Of a stretch of 64,000 nt of DNA, positions 24,557-36,244 are shown one piece after another. Each line of letters opens with the position of its first letter. The stretch's first letter is position 1. Source of the DNA: Enoplolaimus lenunculus (taxonomy: Eukaryota); assembly GCA_030248215.1 (NCBI GenBank), contig JASANG010001414.1:620001-684000 (forward strand), written 5' to 3'. Below the pieces are notes generated by a model. It made no database searches. It was not told the origin of the DNA and was given only the letters and a program-made list of their open reading frames with translations. A program made the position numbers and the translations under genes.

Positions 24557-25403
24557 TGTTTATTTTTGTGGCATTTTCCGTCTAAATTTGATTGGGTAAA
24601 GGTTTTTGATTTTGATCAGGTTAAAGTTGGGACAGTCCGATATTTTGTATTGTCGGATTGGCTGAAGGGTTTCTCAAGATTATGATAACACGCGTATGGA
24701 GGCGTTATATTTCAAAAATATTCGATATAAGATTTTATTAATTTTAAAATCAATTTTAAAAATAACATAATTGCCTCAAATCCTCTACTATTAAATGTAA
24801 CAAAGATAAATTCAATTTAACCTATAAGAAAGCAAACATAGATTCACAGATAACTGGTTCTGTTTAGATGCGAAAAAAACTGCTGGTTAACCAATCGCCT
24901 AAGTTTACCGCTGGGTCTGTTTCAAGTTACTGAAATGCAACAATGGATCAACAAATGCTACCAAAATTTTGAACCAATCAAATATGACCCGGTAAACACA
25001 CGTTGAACTTTTGACTCTGGTGCGCTTCAGCCGAGATTTTCAATTTAGATAGTTCTCGATAACCAGAACTAATACAGTAAAGGTTAAGCTGAAAATAAAC
25101 GGAACGCTTGGCACAACATTAAATTCTCATGTGTCTAAAAATCAAACATTTGTATTGGTTCAAAAATGTGATGCGAACTCAATCAAGAGATTCCAAACAT
25201 CCGTCCTTGGAATGTGTGTAAAGAAAACGTAGCGAGCGAAGCGAGCGAAAAGCCAGACAAATCTATAATAATGAAATCACTTTGTAACAGTCATAAAAAC
25301 GTTTTATTGGTTTATGGATTGAGGTGGGCGTCCATACTACCCACAGGTACTCCTCAGACTTCGTCGTGTTTTGATTTATTCATTGGTTTAATTGAATCGA
25401 TTG

Positions 25404-25592
25404 GGCCAATGTAAAAAACAGGAGCGGAACAGTATTATAACCATATTCCTAAACCTATACCTAAGCAAGAGTAAAAGATTGAGCATATTCCAAAGCCTAA
25501 GCCTAAGCCAAACAAAAAAAATAGACTTAAGCTTAAACTTATATATTGCAGTCTCACAGAAAAACGTTCCGCCTCTGATTTTTACATGAGCC
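25404..25592 (+). mobile_element. TTAGGC-carrying MITE (subfamily B)
   Basis: GGCCAATGTAAAAAACAGGAGCGGAA...TTCCGCCTCTGATTTTTACATGAGCC, with a perfect 8-bp TSD atcgattg. Confidence 0.88.
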
Positions 25593-26789
25593 ATCGATTG
25601 GAAGAGTTATAAAAAAAAGTGATTAAATAAACAAGTATGGGGGAACCAATACTGGCATGATATACATTTTAAACCTTGGTACTATGTCATGCCTCATCTA
25701 TTCATCCTTTATACAAAACAAATTTCAAAACAATTGTATCAGGTTTGCCAATACACCATAATTCATGAAAAATTTGACCAAAAATACAGCGCAAGAAGGT
25801 AATTTAATATTGTGCCACCATCTGATTGGTTCAGTTTACCAAGCCACCATTTGATTGGTTCAATTTACCAAATAGTTGCTTAAAAGTCGCCAGTTTCACC
25901 GTCGCAGCCAAGATTTCATTTCGCAAGGGTATATAATCTGACGCCGAAGAATGCTGCAAATGAACGTGGCGAACCAAAAAATTTGTCACAACTATAGAAC
26001 TATATATAGGCTAGTCTAGAATGTATCAGACTATTTTTAGCTTATTTTCAGTTTAGTTTTGGGGGTGTATATAAAAGCTATACCCGATTTGAATATGTCG
26101 TCGGCTAGTTTTGCCAAAAACAACAAAAATTTACGCAAATGAAGCGGTCACCCTGGTTTGACTTTTATTTAAATAAATCAGAAATGTTGCTAAATGTGTG
26201 TGTCTAAAAATGTTCTGGTAGCCAAGTAAACAACGTTCACATGAAAACGTAAACATTAATATTTTGGCGTGAAAACACTTTCGAAGCTTCGCTTTTATTG
26301 CGTGTTTTAAAGCCATTTTTAGACATTCTATTAAAAATGGTTCTGGTCTGCGGCAGAGGCTAATTGGTTGTTTACCTTTAAACTACAACATGACCCCGGT
26401 CTTGCCCACTAATGTATTTGATGTCCCACATTTAAATATAGAAACCTCCTTTACTAAGGCTTTTGTGTGTAATGCTCTCAGCGCAGTGGCGCTTTGCTCA
26501 CGCCTTCCACCACGTTATAAGCCTAAGCCTAAGCGTTGAAAATAGTGTATTTCTGAGCGTTAAAAAATGTAGTCTAGAATCTAAGCCAGTTTTTTACAGA
26601 CCAACCAGAAACAAGTGAAGGCCCTAAAAGTAATATGGGTCAATATTTCAATCGATATGTACTCTTAGAACTGATGTCGGAAAAACTTTATTCTTTTTGA
26701 TCTATGTGCCGTGCCAGAAGTCGATAAAATCTAGCAGTGGTAGCTAAATTTTTCATCTATAAGATATCAGGAAATATACGATAAACGTA

Positions 26790-26992
26790 CACTGCAAAAA
26801 ATGATGAGTCAAATTCACAATCTCTGAAATAGGCTCTACGGGATAACACAAAATGAGTCAAATTAGACTCTGCCAGAGTCAAACATGCGACTCAGTGAGT
26901 CGAATTTGACTCTGGTGGAGTCGAATTTGACTCACTTTGTGTTGTTCCGTAGAGCCTATCTCGGAGAGATTTGACTCCTAGTTTTTGCCGTG
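26790..26992. mobile_element. Foldback (near-fully palindromic) MITE with CACTG-type ends and TA flanks
   Basis: ta|CACTGCAAAAA...TTTTTGCCGTG|ta. The arms pair along almost their whole length (ATAGGCTCTACGG/CCGTAGAGCCTAT, GAGTCAAAT/ATTTGACTC). Confidence 0.75.
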
Positions 26993-27044
26993 TACCACTT
27001 AAAGTCATAGTCATAGCTACAAAATAATGAATGTTCCGGCTTAA

Positions 27045-27310
27045 CCCTTTCACTCATAGAGTATACTATGGGGAACTATAAATACAATAATGAACGAGCA
27101 ATACACAAACTGTGAGCAGTGTTTAACATATATTAACATATATGCGCAGTGTAAAATCTTCACAAGACGTGAGAGCCTACTCGGTCTCGAGCGTCAAGCT
27201 CCTATAGCTCAGTGGTCATCGTGAACGCCTCCCACCCGTGAGACTGGGGTTCGAATCTTACGTTGAAAATACATCTCATATGAAATTGAAAATATTCATG
27301 TGAGAAAGGG
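27045..27310 (+). mobile_element. piggyBac-like (TTAA) MITE carrying a tRNA-derived cassette
   Basis: ttaa|CCCTTTCACTCAT...ATGTGAGAAAGGG|ttaa. Internal A-box TAGCTCAGTGG (27205-27215) and B-box GGTTCGAATC (27248-27257). Confidence 0.8.
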
Positions 27311-27908
27311 TTAAATGGTAAGTCAGACTTAAGTTTATATGCCACTGCAACTTGAAAACGGTCGATATTAAAAACCAAAGCTACTGGTCGCATAAAATAT
27401 ACCGGTAAACGTTCTTAAGGGTCATTCAAAACGTCCAGCTTAAACGCAATTCATAATACAAAGGCCCAAAGGCCTGTAAGCTATTAACGCATCGCAACTC
27501 TTAAAGCATAAAAATATGTTTATACTTAAGCAGAACACACGGATTTCAACCGAACGCTACGATCACAGTTTTTCAAAGCTCTCAAAGGAATATAAATTCC
27601 GCAAAGCATTGGCTATCATTTATCGCTCGGGCAAAATGTGTATTTGCCATGAAAGCAGGGGGGGGGCAAAATGTTGTTTTAGCCGGGTCGTCATGTTGAA
27701 GTTATCTCCAGCCGAAAGGTTGTTTGGTTTTCGAGAGCGTATGATAGTAGGCTATGGTTAAAAATCCTAAATACCATTGCTTGGGTAAAAGATAGGAACT
27801 GGCATTCCGGTATCTTAGGCTTTTGATTTTCAAGCAGTGACTTAAAACGCAAGTGAACTGGTTTGAAGTAGTGTCCATATTTCAAGTTTACAACTCTTTG
27901 GGTTGTAG

Positions 27909-29057
27909 CAAGAGTGGATGATCCTTAAACAAGGGTATGCAAAATGCCTTGTTTTGCATGGAACTAAATCTACCAGCACTCGTTGCGTTTTGGTCCTACC
28001 ACCCCCCTCATTTTGGGGGGTCAATTTTATGTTCATTTTACACGTGTATCCGCCGGCCAACCCCGAAAATATAATCGGACCACATTTTGTATATACAGTA
28101 GCACATGAATTTCAACATCGATGGAGATTTTGACCCCCCAATACGGGGCGTAAGCCAAAAATGCAACGCGCGCTGGGTACATTTTTTCTACATAGAATGT
28201 ACCCAGTTGCATACTCTTGTTAAAGAGTATCATGCACGTTACTTATAGCAAAAGTGAATAAATTTTACGAGAGTGAGCAACTGAGTACATTCTGTGTACA
28301 AAATTGTAGCCAACGCATGTTGCATTTTTGGCCAACCCCGACTTTTATTTAGAGGGGGTTGCATTTTATGCAGTTGAAGAAAAATATATAATATGCCAAT
28401 GGCCCAAAAAGAGCTTCCTTCATATTCGTAACATTCCTGGTGTTTTACATGTCACGTGACTTCGACCAACCTCTAAATATAGGAGGAAAGCAAAAACGCA
28501 ACGCACGGTGGCCGGTCAGCCACGGGGAGGTAGGTAGACTTACCACCCTGGAAAAATTTTGCCCCCCCCCCCTAGAATATTTTCAACTTTTGCTTGTAAG
28601 TCATTATAAACCATTGCATGCCTAATTTGAAAATTTTTAGCCCCCTACCAAGGTGAGTTGGCTACGGGACTGACGGTGGCACATTTCTTTACCACTCGAA
28701 ATACGACAGTGGCGCACTCTTGTCAAAAAGTGATCGTTCACTCTTGGTTATTGCAAGAGTGCATTAAATACAAGAGTGTGCCACATTTGCTGATGGTACA
28801 AAATGTATCACTGGGCGTTGCGTTTTTGACCGACCCCCCTTGTTTTGAGGGGGTTCGTTTCACAAGTAATAAACGTAAACTAAACTGTAAGCGGATCATT
28901 TTTGCTGCATGATACATAGTGTCATTGTTCGCACCGGTTGTACATCCCTCTAAAGGGGGGATAGGCCAAAAACACAACGCATGTCGGGTACATTCTTTTT
29001 GTACGCAGAATGTACCCAGTTGCATACTCTTTTTGAAGTATGCAGCATCCACTCTTC
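27909..29057. mobile_element. Two adjacent CAAGAGTG-TIR elements (27909-28746, 28754-29057) built from repeated GGGTACATT...CGCGTTGCGTTTTTGG modules
   Basis: Ends CAAGAGTGGATGAT / ATCGTTCACTCTTG, with a 7-bp spacer gttattg between the copies. Same family at about 49170-49426, 49434-49777, 62205-62526, and a fragment near 46793. Confidence 0.7.
28513..28672. mobile_element. hAT-like MITE (CCCGTAGCC family) nested in the CAAGAGTG element
   Basis: Perfect 8-bp TSD acggtggc (28505-28512 / 28673-28680). Right end GGCTACGGGACTG. Confidence 0.8.
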
Positions 29058-29498
29058 GTAATATGTACTTTATTGCGAAATTTAATCCCCACACGTTCAA
29101 CTTACTTCACTGCAAAACTATAACCATTTTCGAGGTTTTTACCAACAAAGCGTTTCATAAAGTAAAAATTCGCTACCTGCACTGCAGCGCATTTCAAAAG
29201 CCGGAAATTTTCACTTTAACTTCTTTTTCGATTATATTTCAAAAATTTACGATGTGTTTTAGTTTCATTCAAAGATAACCAGCGTTTGGTTTCCATGATA
29301 CCGTACTGCGAAAAAATGAATCTCATGAATTTGTTTGGCACTATTAAAAAAATTCAAAACACCTATTTTGAAACAGCAGATAAGGTTGAAAAAACATTTT
29401 GCCAAGTTTTCCACAAGTTGAGCGACGCAATCAGACTTTACACTGGCCCAAAAAACCCCTTCAAGTACAATTTTTTAGTATTTACATTATCATCACTA

Positions 29499-29563
29499 TA
29501 AGCCTAAGCCTAAGGCTAAGCCTAAGCCTAAGCCTAACGCTAAGCCTATGCCTAAGCCTAAGC
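29499..29563 (-). repeat. Interstitial telomere-like (TTAGGC)n array
   Basis: About ten TAAGCC units without recognisable MITE ends. Similar degenerate arrays lie at about 10950-11050, 12210-12340 and 44975-45100. Confidence 0.75.
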
Positions 29564-29829
29564 GCTAGCTATTTATATTAGATTTCAGTGCTGCAAAGAA
29601 TACAAATCAACAGCGTCTCTACATCAGTTTATATGCTGTACGATTGAAACCTAGCGTTGTATTGCTCTTGCTTCAACTGTAAAAAATTTTCTTAATTTTT
29701 TTTTCGAGCTTGCAAGCAGAGCAAGGGCCAGAATAAAAATTTAACAATGGTTTGGAGAAAATCGGTGCCTTAAGGCGTTATAGAACTCTTTTGTAAATTT
29801 TCCTACAACTGGAATACCTATGTTGAAAT

Positions 29830-30764
29830 CAGGGTGCTGCCGAATAGCCGGCTCCGGCGAAAAATCGAAATCCGGCTCCGGTCGTTTAACTTGCCGGATA
29901 TTTTTAAAAAAACTTCAAAAAAGTTATACCATCATTTGTATTTATGTTAAGTACGATCTAAGTGATTGACTTAGTTTTACATATTTTTTATGTCACGCAT
30001 CTAATGTAAATATTTGCATGTGACCGTGTACGTTCACAATTTTTATTGGTTACAATAACGCTGGAAAGAAAGATACAACCTTGGGATGGGCGGAGACCGG
30101 CCATGAACAGTCTCCGCCTCGTTCACCTTTTGATTATCACCGAAAAAAATTTCTAAAATATATTACTTTTAATGCTTTTTCGCAGTTTGTTTTTCATAGG
30201 TTTTTTGTGTTTATTCAGAATATTTGCTAATAATTATTGCGCAACTATGAAAATTCATAGATTCATAGCGAAATTTAATTCATCAGGCATTGCTTATTTC
30301 AACAATATTAACTTCTGCTTTTACAGGTCTACCAGCATTTGCTGTATCCTCTACTTCAAGTGTCGGTTCTAAACTACCAAGACTCCAAACCCAAGCCCTG
30401 TCAAATACCACGACATGCCGATACTGAGACCGAGACTCCCATCCCTGATCTTAGCCACCTCTGTTTTATAGTACCTATGGAACACTGGATGCACTTATAA
30501 GGAACATGAACCACACGAATATTAACTGAATGCAACGCTACAAAACCATAGAATAGTATAAATGGATGTTGTTAAAGTACTACAAATGCATCGGCATGAG
30601 ATGTTAAAGAAACACTTTGTGTACCTTAAGCCACGGAAAGAACTGTAAGTCACGTTCTGATGTTTGAAAGCAATCTAGTATTAGATTTGAATTCATTATC
30701 CGGCTCCGGCCGGATGTTATAGATTATCCGGCTCCGTCACGTTTCGGTATCCGGGCACACCCTG
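29830..30764. mobile_element. Non-autonomous hAT-like element (CAGGGTG...CACCCTG) with CCGGCTCCGG subterminal motifs
   Basis: TSD gttgaaat/gtcgaaat (7/8 match). Related CCGG-rich ends at 3190-3288, 20582-20975, 33693 and 52440-52748. Confidence 0.7.
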
Positions 30765-31594
30765 GTCGAAATTGCCAGTTCTGTGACTTACTTCGAAATT
30801 ATTCTTTAGAATTCTTTGGTTACATTTAAACATGGTGTAAATCGAATATCCGTTTAAGTTTCCGGTAAACCTTGGTATCCGTTTCCGTTATAGAAATACC
30901 GGAAATTCTCAATTTTTACAATCAAAATTAGTTATAAATCACGTACAAATCTTGCATTTTTCATTACAAATATGCTGCAATTGTTTGAATTCGTTTCCGT
31001 TATTTCGATCACTATTCGTTTCCGTTTCCGTTAGTTTTACTATGTAATTCTTTTAAGTAAATAATTACTAGAATGTGCTCTTTATAATTCTATATATCTT
31101 TTAGACTAGAGTCAGAACGACAGTGACAAAAACATATATAACAGGACAGATATTTGCTGCAAAAACGTAACAACAAAGTTACTGAAACGTAAGTAAAACT
31201 GGTAAACGTACTATTTCATACCGAAAAAGGTCAAACAGAAATATCTGTTTATTTGTCCGGACAGAACTTGGAGGCAACGGAAAAAAATGAGATAGGTTCC
31301 TTATTTAAAGCCAGTTTTCTCAGCAGGCCTATCTTGATTTTATCTTAAACCAATGTCTGTGAAATAAATGTTTAAGGTTTCGGTATAGTCGAATTTATAG
31401 TGAGACAGACCAGTAACATTTGCTTCGCCCAGAAACTTGTTGTCCACAGTGTCCTAATTGTACTGATACCGTTCAACACAAGGAGTGATTTGTCCAAATC
31501 GCTAATCCACGCGGTACAAAATGTGGCATGAAGTTGTATTTAATGTCATACTTGTGTTCAAAGTCCATTATTTGGCATGCATGTTCAAACAAAT

Positions 31595-31770
31595 GGCCCA
31601 TGTAAAGATCAGAGGCGGAACGTTTTTCTGTGGGACTACAGTAGAGTAAGCTTGCGCTTAAGACTAATTTTTTTGCTTGGCTTAGGCTTAGGAATAAACT
31701 CCTTCTTACGCTTTGGCTTAGGAATATGCTTATACGGAATACTTTTCCGCCCCTATTCTTTACATTGGCC
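31595..31770 (-). mobile_element. TTAGGC-carrying MITE (subfamily B)
   Basis: GGCCCATGTAAAGATCAGAGGCGGAA...TTCCGCCCCTATTCTTTACATTGGCC, with aacaaat repeated on both flanks. Confidence 0.85.
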
Positions 31771-31942
31771 AACAAATGAACCTGTGATTTAGCCAAAAAA
31801 AATTTGATAATAAATAGAAACTGTTTATTATGAGAGGTTGAAGATCTTTACGTGCCCAACTAGCACGAATCTACCCATTTATTTATCATTTTCTGTATGA
31901 AATAAATCTTTGATTCATATTCAGACGTCAAAAAGTTAATTA

Positions 31943-32101
31943 CGGGCCCGTAACCAACAGGGGGGGGGGTTGAACCCCCCTGAAAAAATTTTGGCTACCC
32001 CACAAAACTTTAAACTTTGCTTGTAAAGTCAACGAAAACTCTTGTATGCCTTACCTGAAAAATTTTAGCCACCCTAGCAACGTAAGCTGGCTACGGGCCT
32101 G
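31943..32101. mobile_element. hAT-like MITE (CCCGTAGCC family)
   Basis: CGGGCCCGTAACCA...TGGCTACGGGCCTG, with agttaat on both sides. Relatives at about 1468-1627, 37673-37839, 44449-44620 and 60153-60320. Confidence 0.75.
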
Positions 32102-32665
32102 AGTTAATATCACGAGTAAAATATTTGACCATGTCAAACTTCTTCATTCTAACTCAAGTATCATATTGCCGTCGGTGGCCGCTCTGAGAGTGGGACCACA
32201 GCGACCAGTGTTCCCAGTCAAAAACCAGCAAGTGTATTATAATTTGCATCACATTGTTCTAAATTAGTAGTAATCTTTGCTAGTCTCTACAGCTGTAGAA
32301 TTAGTCAAACCGATACAGTTTGTTTTCAAACGTTTCCATTTGTTTGTTATTCAACAGCACAATATCCATGTGGTATCTCAGCCAAGATATATTTTGGCAA
32401 AACGAACCAATCAGCTGAAATCCCCCAAAGTTTTATAATCAGCAGTTTTTGCGTCCATATTTCACACTAAACTTGACAAAATTTTCGCCAAATTAGTTCA
32501 TTAAACTAATCATCGCTTATTAGCGACATTTCTAAGCCTCTGCGAGTATTTTGACCAGATTTTTATTAATGAGCAACCAGGTAAAGCTTTCAGACTCCGA
32601 CAATGAGAGTTGTTTACAACCGTTATAACCGCTGCAGTTAGCAAAATGTAACAATTTCGCCGAGT

Positions 32666-32820
32666 AAATATTGTCCAATTCCTAAAATGGGAATTTTGAA
32701 CTATTAAATATTGTCATATTCCTAAAACAGAAGTTTTCAGCTACTAAGTATTGTCATATTCCTAAAATAGAAATTTTCAGCTACTGTGAATATTGTCATA
32801 TTCCTAAAATAGGAATATTT
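32666..32820 (+). repeat. ~40-bp tandem repeat (AATATTGTCATATTCCTAAAATAGAAATTTTCAGCTACT-like), about 4 copies
   Basis: Repeated ATATTGTCATATTCCTAAAA cores are directly visible. Confidence 0.8.
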
Positions 32821-33069
32821 CATAATAAAATGTCGCATGTGAGTTAGTTTTTCCATCAAAATTGTCATATTGCTTACATATCTTGTCACCAATTCAATGT
32901 CAAACTTGACAAAACGCATTGTGTGACTCAAAATTTACGCCAATATTGTTACGGGTACGATCAAAGGGACACTATTGAGCCGGAGCTGTTGTGCAATCGA
33001 GAAGCGATTGCTCCTCGCAAAGGTTTTGTCCATCAAAATTGCCTCATTTCTTCAATAGAAGTACGCAAC

Positions 33070-35235
33070 TTATGACCAATGCACTGCTGAACTTGATAAA
33101 ATCGAATAATTAGTGCCGTCAAAATTATCCCAATATTCAGCTGGTGCTTGTTGTTCGACGGAAGCCCGATAGCAAGAACAAAGTTCAATCCTGTTGCTGA
33201 CAGCTGTAGTTTCCGGTGGAATAACAAACCGAAACGTAAACGTATCCGCTCCGTGTTCCGGAAGCGAAGAAGACCATTGAGCGGCGACGTCAGTAAACGA
33301 CACCCAGTTGTTTGAAGTCCATCGTACAAATACTGATTTTTGAAACGATAAGTTTGCAACTCGTAAGGTACCGCTTACGTAAGCTGTTACGACTGACGGA
33401 AAACTGGGGGTGGAAGATAAGCTTCCACGGTCGATACCTGTGTTGGGTGACGAAAAAATTGGTTCATTTTGACTAGACGCAGACTTGTGTGGCTGAGCAT
33501 GGTCGATCATAATGTTTTCAAGGGCGATTTTGCATCGTTCAAAACGACTACGGAAAGCGCTGTAGTTTGTGATTGGTTGCTCGAAATTAAGCTGCCACTG
33601 TGGACGTTTTGAGAAACCTGAAAAGTTGCAACGGTTTGATTACTTTATACCGGTTTACCGGAATCTTTGAAAATTATCTGATAGCTGCTCAACAGGGTGC
33701 AACCGGAACCATAACAAACCGAAACCGAAACCGCGGTTGCACCGTGTTAGACGGCGCTATCCTGGCTATGATATTTACAGTCTAAAACTCCGCGATGGTA
33801 CCGGAATGTTGTTGGTTGTAGAGAAATGCTCTATATCCGGAATATATATTAGCAATAACACTACAAAAACAACGCATTTGCAGAGAAAATTATGTGGAAA
33901 AAACTTTGGTTACCAGAAGCATCGTAAAATTACGGCCTTGACGTTGATTTATAAAGTTACTCTGCCGTTCGCCGGTTTACAACGAATAAATGTTACTTGT
34001 AAAAATTCGCTTACAGACAAACATATGCCAGCAAGAACTACCGGTTACTGACATACTACTGAAACAGCCCAGATAACCCAGCTCGTAGCCAGAAACGAGC
34101 AGAGTGACTCGAGTCAGTTCTCCTACTTAAGTTTTGACCCCCGACTGGAAACAAGAGTCATTCGAAATCAACCGCTTGATATTGTTAAAATAGATTTTTG
34201 CACCTCTAGCAGTAGGATGTTCAGTTGACTACAGCAAGTAAACGTACCCGTAGTTCTGTCGACTGCTTCAGAGCCGCACGGCGCGAACATCGACTCAACT
34301 TCGGCATTAATCCTACTCCCAGCTTGACTATCGTCATCGTCATCATCTGGAAAATACGTTGCCAACAACTCCAACACTGCTTTATTCTTCAGGGTCGGTG
34401 GTACGTCGTTAGGTTCATCCATAACCAGAACACTTGTCAATTCGCGACCCTCGTCATCGGCAAACGTTACATGCCGTGTGATTTGTCGAAACGATGCTGA
34501 TCGCTGTAGTCCACCGGTCGCTGCGGCATCTGCCCCTAAGATGGTCAAAAAATCTTGGTCACTAAGCGAATGCCTTCGCTCAGGCATGTGGGGTTTCGGC
34601 GGCGAAGGTGGGCGTTCTGGTTCACGAGGCACAGGACTAATTTCGGCGGCTGTGTGAGGGATACTATCTCCGGACTGGGTGACGTCATCGTTGTTAGATG
34701 ACGGGGACACAGACTCACTTGCGTCTGGGGTGATCACAACTTCAAAAGTGATTTCAGGTAGCGGTGCAGGGATCGGTAAAAGATTATGGTACGAGTGCCT
34801 GTGGGCCAGTGATGAATGCAAATTGTGGGGGACACTGTGAGCTGGTGAAAGACCAGTCCCCTCACCGGTGTGGTGGCCAGACGCCGAGAGTCGGGGAAAT
34901 GTTAACTGGTGTTGAATCCGATGCTGGGGGGATAGTTTATGACCCAAGTGACTTGTTTGAATACTACCTACGATTGGATCAAATTTGTGATGAGTTTCAC
35001 CGTGGGACGCTAAATTGCCCAAGGCAAATGCCGATTCTACAGGTAGTGAAGACGAAAGAATAGTGTCGCTGTCAGACTGAAGCTGGCGAGCTAACCGCGG
35101 TGGTATAGCGATAGGCATTGCCGCACTTCGGGACGGACTAGGAATTACCATTGGATGCGTGTCACATTTTGTCGACGGAGCTTGATCCGGTTGATTCCGG
35201 GATGCTACGAGCAAATTGTCTGATTTATTTGGCAT
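33070..35235 (-). CDS. PPP1R3: Protein phosphatase 1 glycogen-targeting regulatory subunit (PPP1R3 family; RVxF-type motif + CBM21)
   Basis: Exon 35235-34248 contains RHVTFADDEGRELTSV, the PP1-docking motif in its typical family context; donor G|gtacgt. Exon 33617-33070 reads WQLNFEQPITNYSAFRSRF..IALEN...GTLRVANLSFQKSVFVRWTSNNW...DTFTF...YWDNFDGTNY, the CBM21 signature. The true start may be further upstream: the frame is open to 35352 without an ATG. Confidence 0.9.
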
Positions 35236-35525
35236 ATTGGTTGACCCGAATTTTGATACAGTGAAACGCGGCAACGTTTTAGCAGCATCAAGTTGATGTA
35301 CGCCGCAATTGAGCAAACCGATTGAAAGCTGGCTACTGAAGTCCAAATTCAAATTTGTTTTCGTAAAGATTAGCTACATAGCTAGTAAAATTTGGTGTTA
35401 TTTGAATTTAAACAATTAACAGAGAGTGTAAAAAGCCTAAAATAAGGTTGCTTTTTTGAATTTCAGCAGCTTCGATAAAGTAGGAAAAATATTACTACGT
35501 AGGCGTTATACGCATATGAAAGCAC

Positions 35526-35643
35526 AACTTTGGTTAGGCACTAAATTGAAGTCTGGGCTCCTATTCTCAAATGCGTATAGCACCTAACTTTGGTTAGGCA
35601 CTAAATAGAAGTCTGGGCTCCTATTCTCAAATGCGTATAGCAT
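35526..35643 (+). repeat. 60-bp direct tandem duplication including a Harbinger-like MITE end
   Basis: AACTTTGGTTAGGCACTAAAT(T/A)GAAGTCTGGGCTCCTATTCTCAAATGCGTATAGCA occurs twice. Confidence 0.85.
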
Positions 35644-36244
35644 CTATCATCAGTTAGCAAAAAGGTTTCAAACAACGAAATTGAAACAGCTACAAATGTC
35701 AACATTGGTTCATATGCAGAGGCGGATCCACAAATTTTTGACGGGGGGGGCAGGCTGGAAATGTTTTGAAACGGAAAAATTGTAAGGTAGCGTCCTTACC
35801 ATCTTATAAAAAAATTTTCTGGGAAAAATGTCTTCTACAAAAAAATTTCTGAGGGGAAAAATTGTAAGGTTGAGACCTTACCATAGCAAAACAAAAACAT
35901 TTCTGACGGGGGGGGGGGGGTCGCCCCCCCGGATCCACTAGTGTTTATAACCAATCCAGCGCATCTGGATCCACTGGCGACAAGAAACCAAAAAAAAACT
36001 ATTAGAATTTAAGTTCTTCTAGAACATTGTATATTTGTATATATATATATATATTTCTCAGTTCAGTTCGGTTTCACAGAAAATAAATAATTGTTCCAGG
36101 GCGTCGAAAAGTTAACCGAACTAATAATATGCGTCGGGCGGCGGTAGGTAGAGTCAAAGCAGACAAAAATATTTCAAATAATACTGTATAATTAATGAGT
36201 TGCAACTGACGTCGACAAATAAAACAATTTGTATTTTGCAACCA

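Noticed and set aside
25815..25940. Promoter made of two inverted CCAAT boxes plus a TATA-like element
   Set aside because: The two boxes are a ~28-bp local duplication, similar CCAATCA motifs occur inside repeats, and I found no downstream gene.
27198..27270. Functional tRNA gene (also at 23083 and 45863)
   Set aside because: The acceptor stem cannot pair, the anticodon arms differ between copies, and there is no oligo-T terminator. Treated as TE-borne tRNA-derived sequence.
29499..29563. True chromosome end or telomere-addition site
   Set aside because: The array is short, degenerate and flanked by unique sequence on both sides.
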